Counted from the first letter of the stretch, positions 40,902 through 54,788 are shown. The stretch is 64,000 nt of DNA from Octopus sinensis (GCF_006345805.1 NC_043018.1:2914001-2978000), one strand, 5' to 3'. The notes: generated by a model from the letters alone, not told the origin. Made by a program: numbers and translations.

Positions 40902-40902
<1 letters not shown>
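39610..40902 (+). mobile_element. Full-length mariner transposon (DD34D; CGAGGG-type TIR, irritans/Hsmar2-like)
   Basis: About 37-bp TIRs CGAGGGACGTTCAATAAGTAATGCC...GACCCACTT and AAGTGGGTC...GGCATTACTTATTGAACGCCCCTCG; TA on both sides; 1293 bp. Confidence 0.97.
39777..40829 (+). pseudogene. Mariner transposase pseudogene
   Basis: HTH region, WIPRLL motif, TQD*TW (TAA at 40251-40253 where Glu is expected), QDN and HPPYSPDLEPSD with 34 residues between the last two Asp; frameshifts near 40600 and 40740; stop at 40827-40829. Confidence 0.96.
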
Positions 40903-40944
<42 letters not shown>

Positions 40945-41502
40945 CATACATACATAATTTTATAATAAATCCAGAAGTCTTTTGGATTGCAGCTGCTCGA
41001 GTACCTATATGAGGCACAGGTTTCAGCGAGTTATGCCAACGAAAATAACCCTGGATAGCGGTATTCAACAAGACTTGTGCTTTTATCATAACATAATCTT
41101 TACTTTCTGAGCTGATCGAGTGCTATTCTGTTACCTGAAGTTTTACGACAACATTATATTTCATATAACATAGTTGTATATCTATGCGTATTTCTGTGCT
41201 GAAGACTGAATTGTTCTAGTGAGACGCGAATGCGTAATACTGCAGTATTAATATCTGACGTAATTTTAACCAAACACATTATGGTCGTTGAAGGTAGTCA
41301 TTGACACACAAGTCATTCACTATAGTTTAAAACTTCTTAGAAAGAAAGCCAATTAATGGTGCTGATAAGAACTGGATACGTTTTACAGAAGTACGTAGCA
41401 GATTTAGCTGTTCCTCGTCTATTTCTTTAAATCCAAACAAATGCATGTATATAATTGTATGTGGGTGTGTTTATGTGTATACACACACACTCTCTCTCTC
41501 TT

Positions 41503-41579
<77 letters not shown>

Positions 41580-41824
41580 TGTCTGTGTGTATTTGTGTGT
41601 GTGTCTGTGTGCATTTTTTGTTGTATATAAAACCAGACTATATCCACATAAACATCAACTCTGTTTTAATTCCACCAACGTGAATAAAGTATGAATTAAA
41701 TGTTTTAATCTGCGATACGAACAAATGATCTCCCACGTACGTACATACACGCTCGCGCACGCACACACGCACATATTACATACATACACAGTCCATTATC
41801 ATTGTGAGTCCAGCAACATAGTGA

Positions 41825-43150
41825 ATGAATAGCAGGCAGGGTCAGGCATGGGAAGAATTTTTGATGAACAAAGTTCTACTGTCTGAAGTAAACAAAAATG
41901 AACATCTTAGATGCCTTGGGATCGTATGGCTTGATTATAGGAGAGCATTGAACTCTATTCCCTACTCATGGCTGTTGATGTATCTACCTTTAGCCAAAGT
42001 GCCAGCCACCTTAGCTGCTGCCATTGAGAGACTCATAATGAATTAGGCAATACTTCTCATACTTACAATTGAGAGTGAAACGATTGACGCATAATATAGA
42101 TTTCAAAAAGAATAATTGAACAAGATATTATTTCTGTAATTCTATTCATTTTGCCATTAAATCCATTATCATTCCTGCTCCAAAAATTGAAGTGTTTGAA
42201 CACCAAGAGATAACAATGTAACCTATTATTTCTTGGTGGATGACTCAAGTTGTTTGTGTTTTCCTTGGCTACTAATGGTGAACATGCCAAAAGCTGACGA
42301 AATTAATAACAACATTTTCCGGTGACATAGGAATGGTATTTGCGAGCTGACAGAAACGTTAGCACGCCGGGCGAAATGCTTAGCGGTATTTCGTCTGCGT
42401 TACGTTGTGAGTTCAAATTCTGCCGAGGTCGACTTTGCCTTTCATCCTTTCGGGGTCGATAAATTAAGTGCCAGTTACGCACTGGGTTCGATGTAATCGA
42501 CTTAATACCTATGTCTGTCCTTGTTTGTCCCCTCTGTGTTTAGCCCCTTGTGGGTAATAAAGAAATAGGTACTTGGCTATAAGAAACGTTCGTATTTGTT
42601 TGATGGACTTAGAAAATCTGTGCCTCAAAGCCAAACCCTACGCGCCAATGGCCTCATTGTCTTTCCTCCACTGCACCAAGAATACTACAAATACCTAGGC
42701 ATTGACGAAAGCATATCACACCAATGTGACTGGACAATATTCTACCAGACTTAGGAAAGTATGGTAGTCAGGACTCTACTCTTACACCGTTAGATCTCCA
42801 CAGTGCATTTGCAGTACCAGTGCTGATTTCAATACTTGGGATACCTGAAATTTCGGTAGAGGTAATCCACTCTGTAGACATTAAAAGCCGCAAGATCCGA
42901 GCATCGACTAAAATCTTCCGCAGAAACAATGATATTGACTGCCTCTAACCAAGGAAGACCTGCAGGCAGTAGAGGTTCCAGATCAGTGTAGACAGTCTTC
43001 GAATGTCGTAGAGTCTCAGACAGTAGTTGCTAAACAGCAGCGTCCAAAGTAAATACATAAACTTAGTGCTGGAAAGGAAAAAAAAGACAACGTCCTACGT
43101 GTCGGCAGGGAGCAAAATAGGAAGCACTCTCTTCATAATGGCCTCCAATA
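41825..43150 (+). mobile_element. R4/Dong-like non-LTR retrotransposon RT relic
   Basis: WLDYRRALNSIPYSWLL..L.LAKVP; FSGDIGMV[SINE]LGYKK; YYKYLGIDE; RLRKVW*SGL; AFAVPVL; DIKSRK...DIDCL; interrupted by a SINE. Confidence 0.87.
42343..42567 (+). mobile_element. SINE family B nested in the LINE RT
   Basis: Family core intact; imperfect duplication GGTATTTG / GGTACTTG at the junctions. Confidence 0.93.
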
Positions 43151-44754
43151 CAACCCTAAATCCGCTGGAATAATATAAGAGGCAGACACTCTTAGAATGG
43201 TATGATATTGCTAATGTAGTTTTCGTATTCAAATAGATATTGGTCGTCTACATCGCCTTGCCAAAATGTTTGAAAATAAAGATCCCAGTACAAATATTTA
43301 GGTTGATGGATTTTGTTGTACATATTTTTGTCAGCTTTAGGCGTTGATTATATGAATTTAATTTGGTGGTCACTTTCTGTTCCCTGCAAAAATTAGGGAT
43401 TTTGGGGGGAGAAATCAAGTGATAGGGTAGATTTAAAATATATATTGCCATACCACAAGCTTCAAGTAAATGAAATGATTGCAATCTGGATTGTTCTACG
43501 TTGATAAATAACTAGATTCAATGAAAATTGAAACTGAGTATAGATTTCGAGAAATATAAGTGGTTTCTGATGATAAGAGAAAAGTATATTTATATCCTTA
43601 TCATTAAACATAATTAAAATTTAAATGATTTGTATAAAGCATGTAGAAGTTTCTAAAAAATAAATCCTATAACGAAAGAGAGGCTTCATGAATTTGTCAC
43701 ATACATATGAGTCATTAAGATAACAACTTTTCAACAACAAAACCTCCTTAATCCTTGATAATAGTTTCCAAAGTAGTCATCATTACATTTTGGAGTGTTT
43801 CATAACCAAAGTGAAGTTTTAAGCTTCTTCTCTAAGTAATGCATTAATTTAAATAAGTAAGATCTTCATCATGTTTTAAATTTTCTCTTAGTACAACCCA
43901 TTTTGTATTCTTAATATATGAAAACAGCACTTTACAAATGATATCACGTTTCCTTGAACTTAGAAGCATGAAAGCAGATCAACAGAATTATGCATGTGGA
44001 AATGTTAAACACACTCACACACTTACCCTGTCTTTCTCTTTCACCTGTGTATTGTCGATTTTATTACTGAGTTTAATAGATAATGTTTTATGCTTCCACG
44101 TTTGAAGATGATAATACATTAAAAAAATGTGAAATTAATTTTTAATGCATAGTTTTTTCTCACGTTCTTACCTTTTTTCTATTAAAAAAAAAACCATGAA
44201 AATTATTTTTGTGTTAAATATTTATAGATAGGTGTAAATTTTAAACTCTACAGTATTTCCTCTGAAATGCGTTTTTTGCTGTTAATATTTTCAGTATGAA
44301 GGAAACAATACGAAGACCAAAGAAGACCTTAGTGTAAAACGCTCAGAATACCAAAAAAATAAAAAAATAGAAAGAAAACAAATAGACAACAAACAATATA
44401 TGGGTATATTCCCGAAAACTTGACAGCAATATCGACATGAAGGGCATCCTCCTTTCGATTCTTGACCTCTACAACACATTTCAAACGCTACGCATTTGCA
44501 ATCTAGAAAAGACAGGTACGCCGTTGGTACTTCAAGATGTAACCAAAAATAGATCATACCATATTACAATGTAAGCCGTCACAGGTGATTAGCAACTGCA
44601 ACAACGACGTTAAGTTTCTCGCCCGTTATGCAATACGACGTTGTTACAAGAATAATGTGCGATGCGGTTGGGAAAAAAGAATGTCTCGGAACAATTACTA
44701 AGAATCCCACCTCTTATTTAATAATATACACGAACATAAATATAAAGAATAATG

Positions 44755-45125
44755 GTGGAACATTTCACCAGTACTCCTTTTCATTATGAGTGGCTATGGC
44801 TTCTACCATACTGTGGGTTCTTATTACTTTGTCTTCGGGGTTATCCTTCCGAAGGATTTCTTTATAAAGTATCCTAGCAACAACATAACGTCTCATCGGT
44901 AGAAAATATCGTTATGACATTTTTGGACAAATGCATAGGATGTGGGTGATATATTCGGTGTTCACTCTACAAAGTCTGCATCGGGTGTCACATTTTACTG
45001 CTTTTCCTGCATCTCCAACCCTTTTGTCATCAGGTACTTGGTTGCTATTTCCTGTTCCTCTATTGCAAACGCATACCCTTCAAAGTGGGAGGTAGTAATC
45101 CGGCTGTTCGTTCATGATGGACTAC
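44755..45125 (-). mobile_element. R4/Dong-like LINE fragment, CCHC zinc-knuckle region
   Basis: Minus strand TSHFEGYAFAIEEQEIATKYL...CDTRCRLCRVNTEYITHILCICPKMS*RYFLPMR..VVARILY...KEYW*NVP. Confidence 0.87.
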
Positions 45126-45140
45126 TTTGATGTATGTATG

Positions 45141-45174
<34 letters not shown>

Positions 45175-46504
45175 TGTATGTATGTATGTATGTATGTATG
45201 TATGTATGCATGCATGTATGTGTGTGTATCTCTTATGATAACGTACATATAAATTAAAAAGCAAAGGACTTCGCCCAGAATGCCGGTGAGTCAACAAACG
45301 TAATGATTCAACTTGACAGTGTCCCCTAAGTCACGACTACTCTAGAAGTTTTGAACTAATTCGAATATGCTTGCTTCGATATCTAAATAATTAACCTAGA
45401 CATTTATTGATTTGTGAAAGAGCTAGCTAAAATATAGTTAAATTAATATACGTAGTTAAAATGGCATTTTCATTAAAATACCTGTGTAAGTCATTTATAA
45501 TGTGTATACGGACGTAGGAATGTTTTGGCTGTAATGATTGTCACAAACAAAAACTTCTAAAAAAAATTATGCATATTTATTTTCAGGATCTAGATAATTC
45601 ACATCGTCGCTAGTACAGTTTCTTGCTATTTTAGATCGTTCAGACGAAACCAAATTTATCTATTTTGTCCACCCGACTTGTCACTTTTATGCAAACAACA
45701 TTTCTTTATGCAAACAACATGTCTGAGCAGAACTTCATGTTTCTTGGTCAATACCCAGCATCTGATTATATCACTTAAAAATTTCTCAGACAATGTGTCC
45801 TGATACTATGCTATCACAAATATATAATAAGAGTGGATGGTCACATTTGACACATCTACGATACGTCGGTTTATTTAAAGCTGACTTGTGACTAGGCAGT
45901 TCTACATGGGTGCTCAAACTTTCTTTTACTACTTTTTTGCGGAAAATTGTATTTAAGATTCTTTCAATTTAAACATTAGTCTTTGAGAAGATTCTGAAAA
46001 ATACAGAGATGCATGTGGGTATAGAATTGTATTCTGCTACTAGACTTAACCAACAACATGTGGCCATATTGGGACAAGATATTCAAAGTTTGGTCGATCG
46101 TGGTATTTTTAATATTTTCTGAGTTTTAGCTATAATCTATTTCCTACTTCATCGACATCTATCTATAGTGTTATTTACGTGGATTTTCATAGAAAGAAAA
46201 ACAACTTTACACGATCACAAATAGATGTGTGTGTTGGTGTTCGTGTCTGTGTCTGTGTCTCGGTGTGTGTGTGTATGTGTGTCTGCGTGCGTGTGCATAT
46301 AATTCCTGTACGGTGTCCACCATATTCTGTTCTTAAGGCACTGGTCAACCCGAGTCTAACTTAAAATAAAATTAAAGCGGACACCACCATGCAATCCGCA
46401 CCTTGGACTATTCATATGCGAAAGTTTCTGTTATAACACACACACGCACACAAACGCACGCACACACACACTCACACATACATATGAGGAAATATTCTAT
46501 ATTT

Positions 46505-46893
46505 TTATTTGTTTCATTCATTAGACTACGGCTATGCTGGAGCATAGTCTTGGATTGAATCGGCTCGAAGTCTTGTGTTTTTCAACCTGGTGCTTATTCT
46601 ATCGGATCTCTTTAGCCGAACCGCTACGTTACGAGGACGCAGATACACCAACACGAGTTGTCAAGCGGTAGGGGGACGGAAACAAACACAAAGATACACA
46701 TAAACAATCACATACACACACACACAAAATGACGGGATTCTTTTCAGTTTCCGTCTACCATATTCACTAGCATAGCTTTGATCGGCCCGGGGCTTTAGTA
46801 GAAGACACTTGCCCAAAGTGCTATGCAGTTGAGCCGAACCAAGAACCATGTGGTTGGGAGGCAAGCTTCTTACCACACAGCCAAGCCTGTGCT
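46505..46893 (-). mobile_element. SINE family A, diverged
   Basis: TTTCAGTTTCCGTCTACCA...GAAGACACTTGCCCAA...GAACCATGTGGTTGGGAGGCAAGCTTCTTACCACACAGCCA. Confidence 0.9.
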
Positions 46894-46975
46894 TATGTGT
46901 GTGTGTGTGTGTGTGTGCGTGTATATCTATCTATCTAGCCCTGTGTGGCTAATAAAGAAATATATCTGTCTATCC

Positions 46976-47008
<33 letters not shown>

Positions 47009-47031
47009 CCCATCTATCTATCTATCTATCC

Positions 47032-47084
<53 letters not shown>

Positions 47085-47170
47085 CCTGTCTGTCTTTCTA
47101 TCTATCTATCTATCTATCTATCTGTCTGTCTGTCTATCTATCTGTCTGTCTATCTATCTATCTATCTGTC

Positions 47171-47201
<31 letters not shown>

Positions 47202-47216
47202 CTCTCTCTCTCTCTG

Positions 47217-47249
<33 letters not shown>

Positions 47250-47902
47250 GGATTAAAATCAGCTCTAGTAATGTAAAGATTATCGATCACGTATACGCAA
47301 TATATGTGCGATCACATAATAGTCATACACACACACACACAGACGCCGACGTCAGTTTCGGCATATGAGGATCCAACAAACTACACTTTGTTTGTTAGTG
47401 GTCCTGCTTAAGCGGAACGTGACACTTGCGTCCCGCCAATTACTTGCAAAGAAGCCCGCAGATGTTGCAAGTATTAGGTCATCGCAGGCGGTGTATTTGT
47501 AACCGCGTTTATTCTCTGCTTTGCACTGCTTGACCTGTTGATGTTGGTTGAAACAAATTCTCCTGAGTAGAATAAATCAGGACAATTGTTTTACCGGTTA
47601 CGAGAATTCTCCAAACATTCTGGCATTTCCAATAAAAAAAAAGAAAAATGATGTTTTTATAAATTGTAATATTTATTTTCTTGCTTTTTATAAATGTTAG
47701 AGGCTTTGCAGCCTTGATCTTTTCAGGTTTCGCCTGATGTTACTGCAACATATGCTCAGTTTGATTTACCTTTAGGTAAACGTTGACAGAAGAGAGAGTG
47801 GCAGCAGTTGGGATGTAGGGAAAAGCAGAATGAATGAGAGAATTGTCTAATGTATAATTGTGTGTTTGTGCGTGTCTGTATATGTATATATATATATATA
47901 AT

Positions 47903-48017
<115 letters not shown>

Positions 48018-48446
48018 TTTGTATGTATACTGCATGAGTGGGTTTATCGTATGCGTGTACAATTATTTGAATACGAGTTCTTTGTCATAATCTCATCGCC
48101 ACTGATGGGGCCAAACCAAGTTGAGACCTGAGTATTTTGAATAGTTTCCTGTGATTTTTTTGATTTATACATACATACATTCATGCATGAATGTGTGACC
48201 GGTTGTTCGTTTCATCAATTAAGTGAACCAACAAACATGATTTTCATATTTTGTATCTCGTTTACGGAATAAAAACAGTGTTGATGTTTCCCGCGTGAAT
48301 GATGTGGGAATGCACAAACACACAGGACATGTAGCACAAACACACACTCGCGTAAATACAGCACGCACTCACACACACATAGCACACACACAAACGTATA
48401 CAGACATATAAACACATACAAATACACACACACACAAAACACAAAT

Positions 48447-48875
48447 AGGCGCAGGAGTGTCTGTGTGGTAAGTAGCTTGTTTACCAACCACATGGTTTCG
48501 GGTTCAGTCCCACTGCGTGGCACCTTGGGCAAGTGTCTTCTACTATAGCCTCGGGCCGACCAAATCCTTGTGAGTGGATTTGGTAGACGGAGACTGAAAG
48601 AAGCCCGTCGTATATATGTATACATATATATGTGTGTGTGTTCGTGTGTGTTTGTGTGTCTGTGTTTGTCCCCCTAGCATTGCTTGACAACCAATGCTGG
48701 TGTGTTTATGTCCCCGTCTTTTAGCGGTTCGGCAAAAGCGACCGATAGAATAAGTACTGGGCTTACAAAGAATAAGTCCTGGGTTCGAGTTGCTCGATTA
48801 AAGGCGGTGCTACAGCATGGCCGCAGTCAAATGACTGAAACAAGTAAAAGAGTAAAAGTGAGAGTAAAGAGTAAA
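48447..48875 (+). mobile_element. SINE family A, full length
   Basis: AGGCGCAGGAGTG..TGTGTGGTAAG through to the GAGTAAA tail; closely matches the reverse complement of 676-1094. Confidence 0.94.
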
Positions 48876-50495
48876 TGCACACTGCGTCATTGTGCTACTT
48901 CCGTGTCATAAAGGGCTCCACTTCTACTGACTGGAACAGAAGCAACTAAAATGATACTCACCACACTGACGTGTGCCATCTTTCTCTAGTTACAGAATCG
49001 TTGATAACGTACGAAGTATCGATGCTGGGATTGCAGACCGGACTTGGAGCATACGAGCTAAATATCGGCTTTGTAAATCATTTAGGAAAGTGCCATGCCT
49101 GGAAATAATTGGCTAGTTATTTTATACTTTGCTTTTGTTTCGAAATTTAATTTACATTCCTATGGTTAGCATTAGGACTAAATGAAAACATGAATCGAAT
49201 ATAGTAACATAATCTCCATGTTCGTCAAATAAATAAAAAATATATAAAATTACATTTTTGAGGGTTGAGTGATGACAGATTCAGGATTGAGTAGAGTGGT
49301 GTGTGGCGCAAGAGAAAATTAGTAACTTTCGTGCAAGTGAGAAACACAGAAAATAAATACAGAAACAAGCACTTTAAACATTGAAAGAAGACAGAAATAG
49401 TCAAATATACAAACAATTGCAAAACACATTAGAGTGGCAAGATTGTGCTAGTGATTACTTAAGCATTTGTTATAATTTAGAATATTCTTTTTTTTTTTAT
49501 ATATATCGCATGTCATTTCTGTCTTATTTTATATTGAAAAAAATATGTAATATTGAACAGAATTACGCAGAAATTACAAAGAATAGAAGAAAATCAAATG
49601 AAATTATGTAAAACGCGAAAAGTACTATACGGATTGTGTTTATTTATTTTGCTTTCAATATAATTTTCTTTCTCGAAAAGAGAACATTATATGCTATGAT
49701 GACAAGCGCAGTCATATTTAAAAACAAACAATAAAATCTAAACTTAAAAATATGAAAGATGCAAAACAAATACAAGAATAGATAAAAAAAAAAAAAACGT
49801 ATCACTATGGCTTCATTTCTTTTTTGTTTTCTAAGATTTCTTCAAAATTTTATTTTTCCCCGAAAACAAGACAGTTTATAGTAAAACATACCGAAAAGAT
49901 AACAACAACAACAGCAGCAGCAATAATAACAACAACAAAAACAACAACAACAACAACAACAACAATAATAATAATAATAATAATAGTAATGACATTCCTA
50001 ATAGAATTTGAAGAGAATATTGAATATGACGCCAAAAAATTAGAAAATAAAAGACGTAATGTTATGTTATGTGGTTTTTTAAACGAAATAATTAAATATG
50101 CGAGTGTTGGTTGTTTTATGGTGCAATTTATCTGCACCGAGAAATGCATGTTGTGAATACCATTAAATGCTAATGCAGTATTATAGTTTCAATGACTTTA
50201 TTTATTATGTCGATGCTAATTTCAATATTGCTGCTGCTGCTGCTGCTGCTGCTCCCACTGCAGCTGCGTATTGTAATTTTACTGTTCGTTCTTTTACGAC
50301 TGCTAATCATACTACATGTTATAAAGATAAATAATACAAATGATCGACGTGAGGGTCATGATAATGACGACGGTGAAAGAGGAGATGAAGTCGACGAATA
50401 TGGTGATGAAAACGGTGACGATGACAATGACCAGGTGAATGGTAATTATGGTGACATCGAGAGCGATAGCGATGGCGAGAAGGATAAAGATTACA

Positions 50496-50545
<50 letters not shown>

Positions 50546-51348
50546 CATGATGACGATGGAGATTTCGTTGATAAAGGTGATAATGGTAATGGTGGTACTG
50601 CTGCTTGTAGTAGTAGTTGTTGTTAAGCAACAAGACGGGTAAGGGTGATTAGGTGATGGTCTAGGGCTTAGGGGCAGGAGACCCCAGACCTTGGAAAAAA
50701 AAACATTGGTCGTCTTGTTGATTGCTCTTCGTAGACGCCCGCACCATTGGGAGGTGGCCCTCGAAGTCGCTGGAAATAGAGATCTCCAGGTCTAAATTCT
50801 TGAACGGCTGCTGCTTGTAGAGATGTTGCTGGTTGCATTGGTGGTAGTGGTGCCACCACTGTCGACGATGACCCTAATGGCCACAACAACGCTCAAGAAA
50901 TTGTTTCCGCTTTGTGACACACTGCACCATAAACAATGGTTTAGATTTTGCCCTCAGTCCAGCAATTCCGCGGAATGGTAGTCAACTGGTACTCACTTTA
51001 TCTACATCAAAAAAATAAAATGCAAAATTTACCTCGGCGGAATTTGAACATTATCGATAGTGAAATGCCGCAAAGCAGTTTTTCGTGTGTGCCAGCTCGG
51101 TGCCTAACAGGAGCAACATAAATAGTACAAGAAAAACCAAAATTCCACTCCACTCAGGGTTGTAGGAGGAAAATGTTCGATCCTTAACACATTACTGATT
51201 AGAACCTTTAACACCACAGAGAAAAGAAATTCATAGACACTTGCATTAGATAAATGTCCCAAAGCAACACTGAAGAGAAGTTTGAGAACATCTACGGTGT
51301 GTAAGATAAAGTGAAAACGATAAGAGAAGTAGACTGAACGGAGATATA

Positions 51349-51583
51349 TGTTTCTTTATTATCCACAAGGGGCTAAACATAGAGGGGGCAAACAAGGATA
51401 GACAAACAAATTAAGTCGATTTCATCGACCCCAGTGCGTAGCTGGTACTTAATTTATCGACCTCGAAAGGATGAAAGGCAAAGTCGACCTCGGCGGAATT
51501 TGAACTCACAACTTAATGGCAGACGAAATACTGCTACGCATTTCGCCCGGCGTGCTAACGGTTCTGCCAGCTCGCCGCCTTCA
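51349..51583 (-). mobile_element. SINE family B, full length with TSD
   Basis: Flanked by the 13-bp direct repeat GAACGGAGATATA (51336-51348 and 51584-51596). Confidence 0.95.
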
Positions 51584-51881
51584 GAACGGAGATATAGAAA
51601 ACGTTAAGAATTAATAAATGAAAGAATAAATAATTTCATAACAGAAACAAATACAAGACATTTTCTGACAGTATATTGGAAATATACCAGGTTAACATTT
51701 AAAACGGGTATTACACCAAAGGAATGTTACAATAGGCTTCAATATCACAATACAACAGCTGTCTCGTAATAATGTTTGCTGAAACAAAGACTGCAGGGAA
51801 AACGACTGGAAAATAAATTGTTGCAGAATGCAGCATCCAAACACGGCAGACGTAGAACATATCTACCACAAATAAATATGA

Positions 51882-51915
<34 letters not shown>

Positions 51916-51916
51916 A

Positions 51917-51954
<38 letters not shown>

Positions 51955-52019
51955 AATATATATATATACATGTATATATATGTATATATGTATGTATGTA
52001 TGTATGTATCTGTATATCT

Positions 52020-52215
52020 AGCTGGCAAAAATGAGTTGTAACTGTATTTCAAAGGGCTGACTTGTCACACTCTGTGTCACGCTGAAACTCCCTGAGAACT
52101 ACGTTAAGGGTACTCGTGTCTGTGGATTGCCAGTCACTTGCACGTTAATTCCACGAGCAAGCTGTTCCGTTGATCGTATCAGGTGGGACCCTCGTCGTCG
52201 CAACCGACGGAGTGC

Positions 52216-52218
<3 letters not shown>
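52020..52218 (+). mobile_element. SINE 3' tail shared with family C
   Basis: TATTTCAAAGGG...CTTGTCACACTCTGTGTCACGCTGAA...GCTGTTCCGTTGATC...CCCTCGTCGTCG.AACCGACGGAGTGC, as in 62408-62590 (minus strand). Confidence 0.88.
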
Positions 52219-52272
<54 letters not shown>

Positions 52273-52443
52273 ATATATGTATGTATGTATATAAGCAATA
52301 GATATCCATAATTTTATGACTGTACCGTAATTGTTTCCGTCATTAGCCTACCGTCTTACTGAGCCACAGCGTTGACAGGTTTCATCATATGAAACAATCC
52401 CAGATCTTATGTTTCTGTGTGATGAAGAGCCTTTATATAAATT

Positions 52444-52570
52444 ACTAGTCGAAGTGGTTCCCCATCTTGATTGTTGTTTTCGCTACGTTTCGGCTGTGTA
52501 CGCCACAGCCTTTTCAGGTACTTTTCGATTCACTATAGTGCCTTGCCCAAGATTGAACTCAAAACCTCCC
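52444..52570 (-). ncRNA. Hammerhead-like repeat copy with upstream B-box-like motif (core 52481-52518)
   Basis: Minus strand GAGTTCAATC...CCTGAAAA-GGCTGTG-gcgta-CACAGCC-GAAAC-GTA...AACAATCAAGATG; perfect 7-bp stem II; first core box deviates from CTGAnGA. Confidence 0.65.
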
Positions 52571-52858
52571 GTTGATATCTTATGTGATCTCTCTATAGAT
52601 TGGATAAATATAACTCAAAATATTTCTGAGATTACATCCGAGTGCCGCCCTCATCTTGATTACTTTTTGGTTGCGTATGTTCCAGTCTATTTTGGGAAAC
52701 TTGTAATTTACTTTAATACTTTGTGTATTCCAATCAGTTGGAAGCCGACATAATATATAAATGTGGCTTTATACACCTTAAATGTCACTCTCACACCATC
52801 GACATACATAGCGTTGAAGATAGACAAAGAGTTTGTAATGCTGTGCCGTCACCTAGCG

Positions 52859-52983
52859 ATTCTGTGCGCAATCCGGAACAAAGCGCTAAGGTGAACCACA
52901 AGACACCTGAAGAGGGTGGGGGCATACACAACCGAAACGTAGGGAAAGCAACAATCAAGATGAGGACATAACTCCGACTGATA
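52859..52983 (+). ncRNA. Hammerhead-like repeat copy (core 52906-52944)
   Basis: CCTGAAGA-G-GGTGGGG-gcata-CACAACC-GAAAC-GTA...AACAATCAAGATGAGGACA; core boxes intact, stem II has mismatches; homologous to 52444-52570 in the opposite orientation. Confidence 0.65.
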
Positions 52984-54506
52984 CTTGTAGTATTTTTGTT
53001 TTTAATATCGAACTCCTTTTCACTAAATGCTACATAAATGACGTAAGCAAGTCTTGTCCTCATACAAATACACATGGGTGTACTTATTTTTGTGTATGTT
53101 GAGTGTAAATATGTTTATATGTGAGTTTCTATATGTGTTTAAGGGATTCTGCACACTTTCTCTTTAGCAAATATTTTTAATACGTCACTGCTGGGACCGA
53201 GTCTGCAACAAAGCGACAGATAGTAGGCCTGGCCGACAAAATATTCTGAAGCAAGTAATCCCCTAAATTACATGGGCAATTTAGAGTGATTTTTGTTTAG
53301 TTGTTTTAGGGGAATTTTTTTGCAACTATCGTTTCTTATTGTTACGATTAACCATGTAGAGGGCGGGATTTGATGACCTCTTCAGATTTTGAAACATAAA
53401 GTATTGCTGATCGTTCTAACGATGATTGCCCTTCGATTGCCTTACGTGAGGGTCCTTTGAGTTTCGAGTCAAATTCCAAACATCTTTGTATTCACAAATG
53501 ATTCCTTTCAACAACACATTTGAAATAAAAAGACACATCCGTAGTTTGGTTACACATTGCATCGTAAATAGGACGAGGTTGTCCAAAATGCGGTGATGCC
53601 AGATCTCACCGCTTTACTACACACGGTGAATTAGCCAACCAAGAGAATTACCAGTGACATGTTGGATCACGAATACGTATGTGATTATGTTCGTGATGGT
53701 CTAGATTCACTGTTTGGTGCGGCTTCAAATCCTGCAGGATGATCAACAGTGTATTGCAAATAAGCAAGTTCTTAAAGCTGTATAACTTCTTTTTTTATAT
53801 TGAAGCACAGGAAACATATGAGTCTGGGGTTAACCCAGTTAACAGTTTATTTATAAAATGGCAATGTCTACGATTCAAACTCGTGAGGTGTACACTAATT
53901 TCTGTGTGGTAGAGTAAATATTTGGGGCAGCTGGTAACTCAACTTGTTGAGCACCATTGATATCACTAAATAAGAATTCTAGATTCCTGAAATATCCTCA
54001 AGTGTTCAAACTGAGAAAACTGAAGTAGCACGTCCAAAGATGGCGTTCCTAATCATTTAAAGCAAAAACGAACAAAAGGATGGAGTAAAAATAATATTAT
54101 GAAATATTATCATTATCACCACATGAATCAGCACCTGACTGATAGGAAACATACGAAGCATGCAGTGTGAGTATAAGAGAATATCTCAGGTACAACGACC
54201 AAACATCGTGCATCAAGTGCGAAATAATGAATGGTGTAAGCGGGAACATGGTCAATAATACTTCAAGCTATAATTTCAGAACTCATTAATTTTAAGCGGA
54301 GACGAGCGGCTGATTTGAAGGCAGTTAAGCGAATGTCGGATGAGAATGAATAATTAATTAAACCTTAATTGCTCCAAATTTATTTCGTCCTCAGAATTTC
54401 CTGAATAAATCGGTAGAATAGAATCTTTTTGTGTCTAATTCTCCTTACACAAGCACAGTGACATACACTCAGCTATCCATCCGGATATATATAGATATAT
54501 GTGCAT

Positions 54507-54539
<33 letters not shown>

Positions 54540-54788
54540 ACACGCGCATATATATATATACATACACACATATACGCGCATATATATATATATATATGTA
54601 TAAAATTTATAAAAATATGGTAAAGCAAAAGAATTCACTTTCACACACCGAACTTTTCAGAAATAGCAGCCAAAAATTTGGCTTTTCTTCAACTGCAAAT
54701 AAAAGTCTCCAGACAATGCATACTCAGAAAAATAACTCACATAGGTATAAGGGAGAAAAACAATGAAAGATCAATCCATATACGATAC

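Noticed and set aside
50192-50626. 144-aa ORF with a hydrophobic N-terminus and acidic tail
   Set aside because: Composition is explained by (CTG)n and (GAT)n repeats; no domain or splice evidence.
53500-53920. Possible Tc1 C-terminus and TIR-like GGTGTACACTAATTTCTGTG
   Set aside because: No convincing catalytic motif recovered and no partner TIR found.
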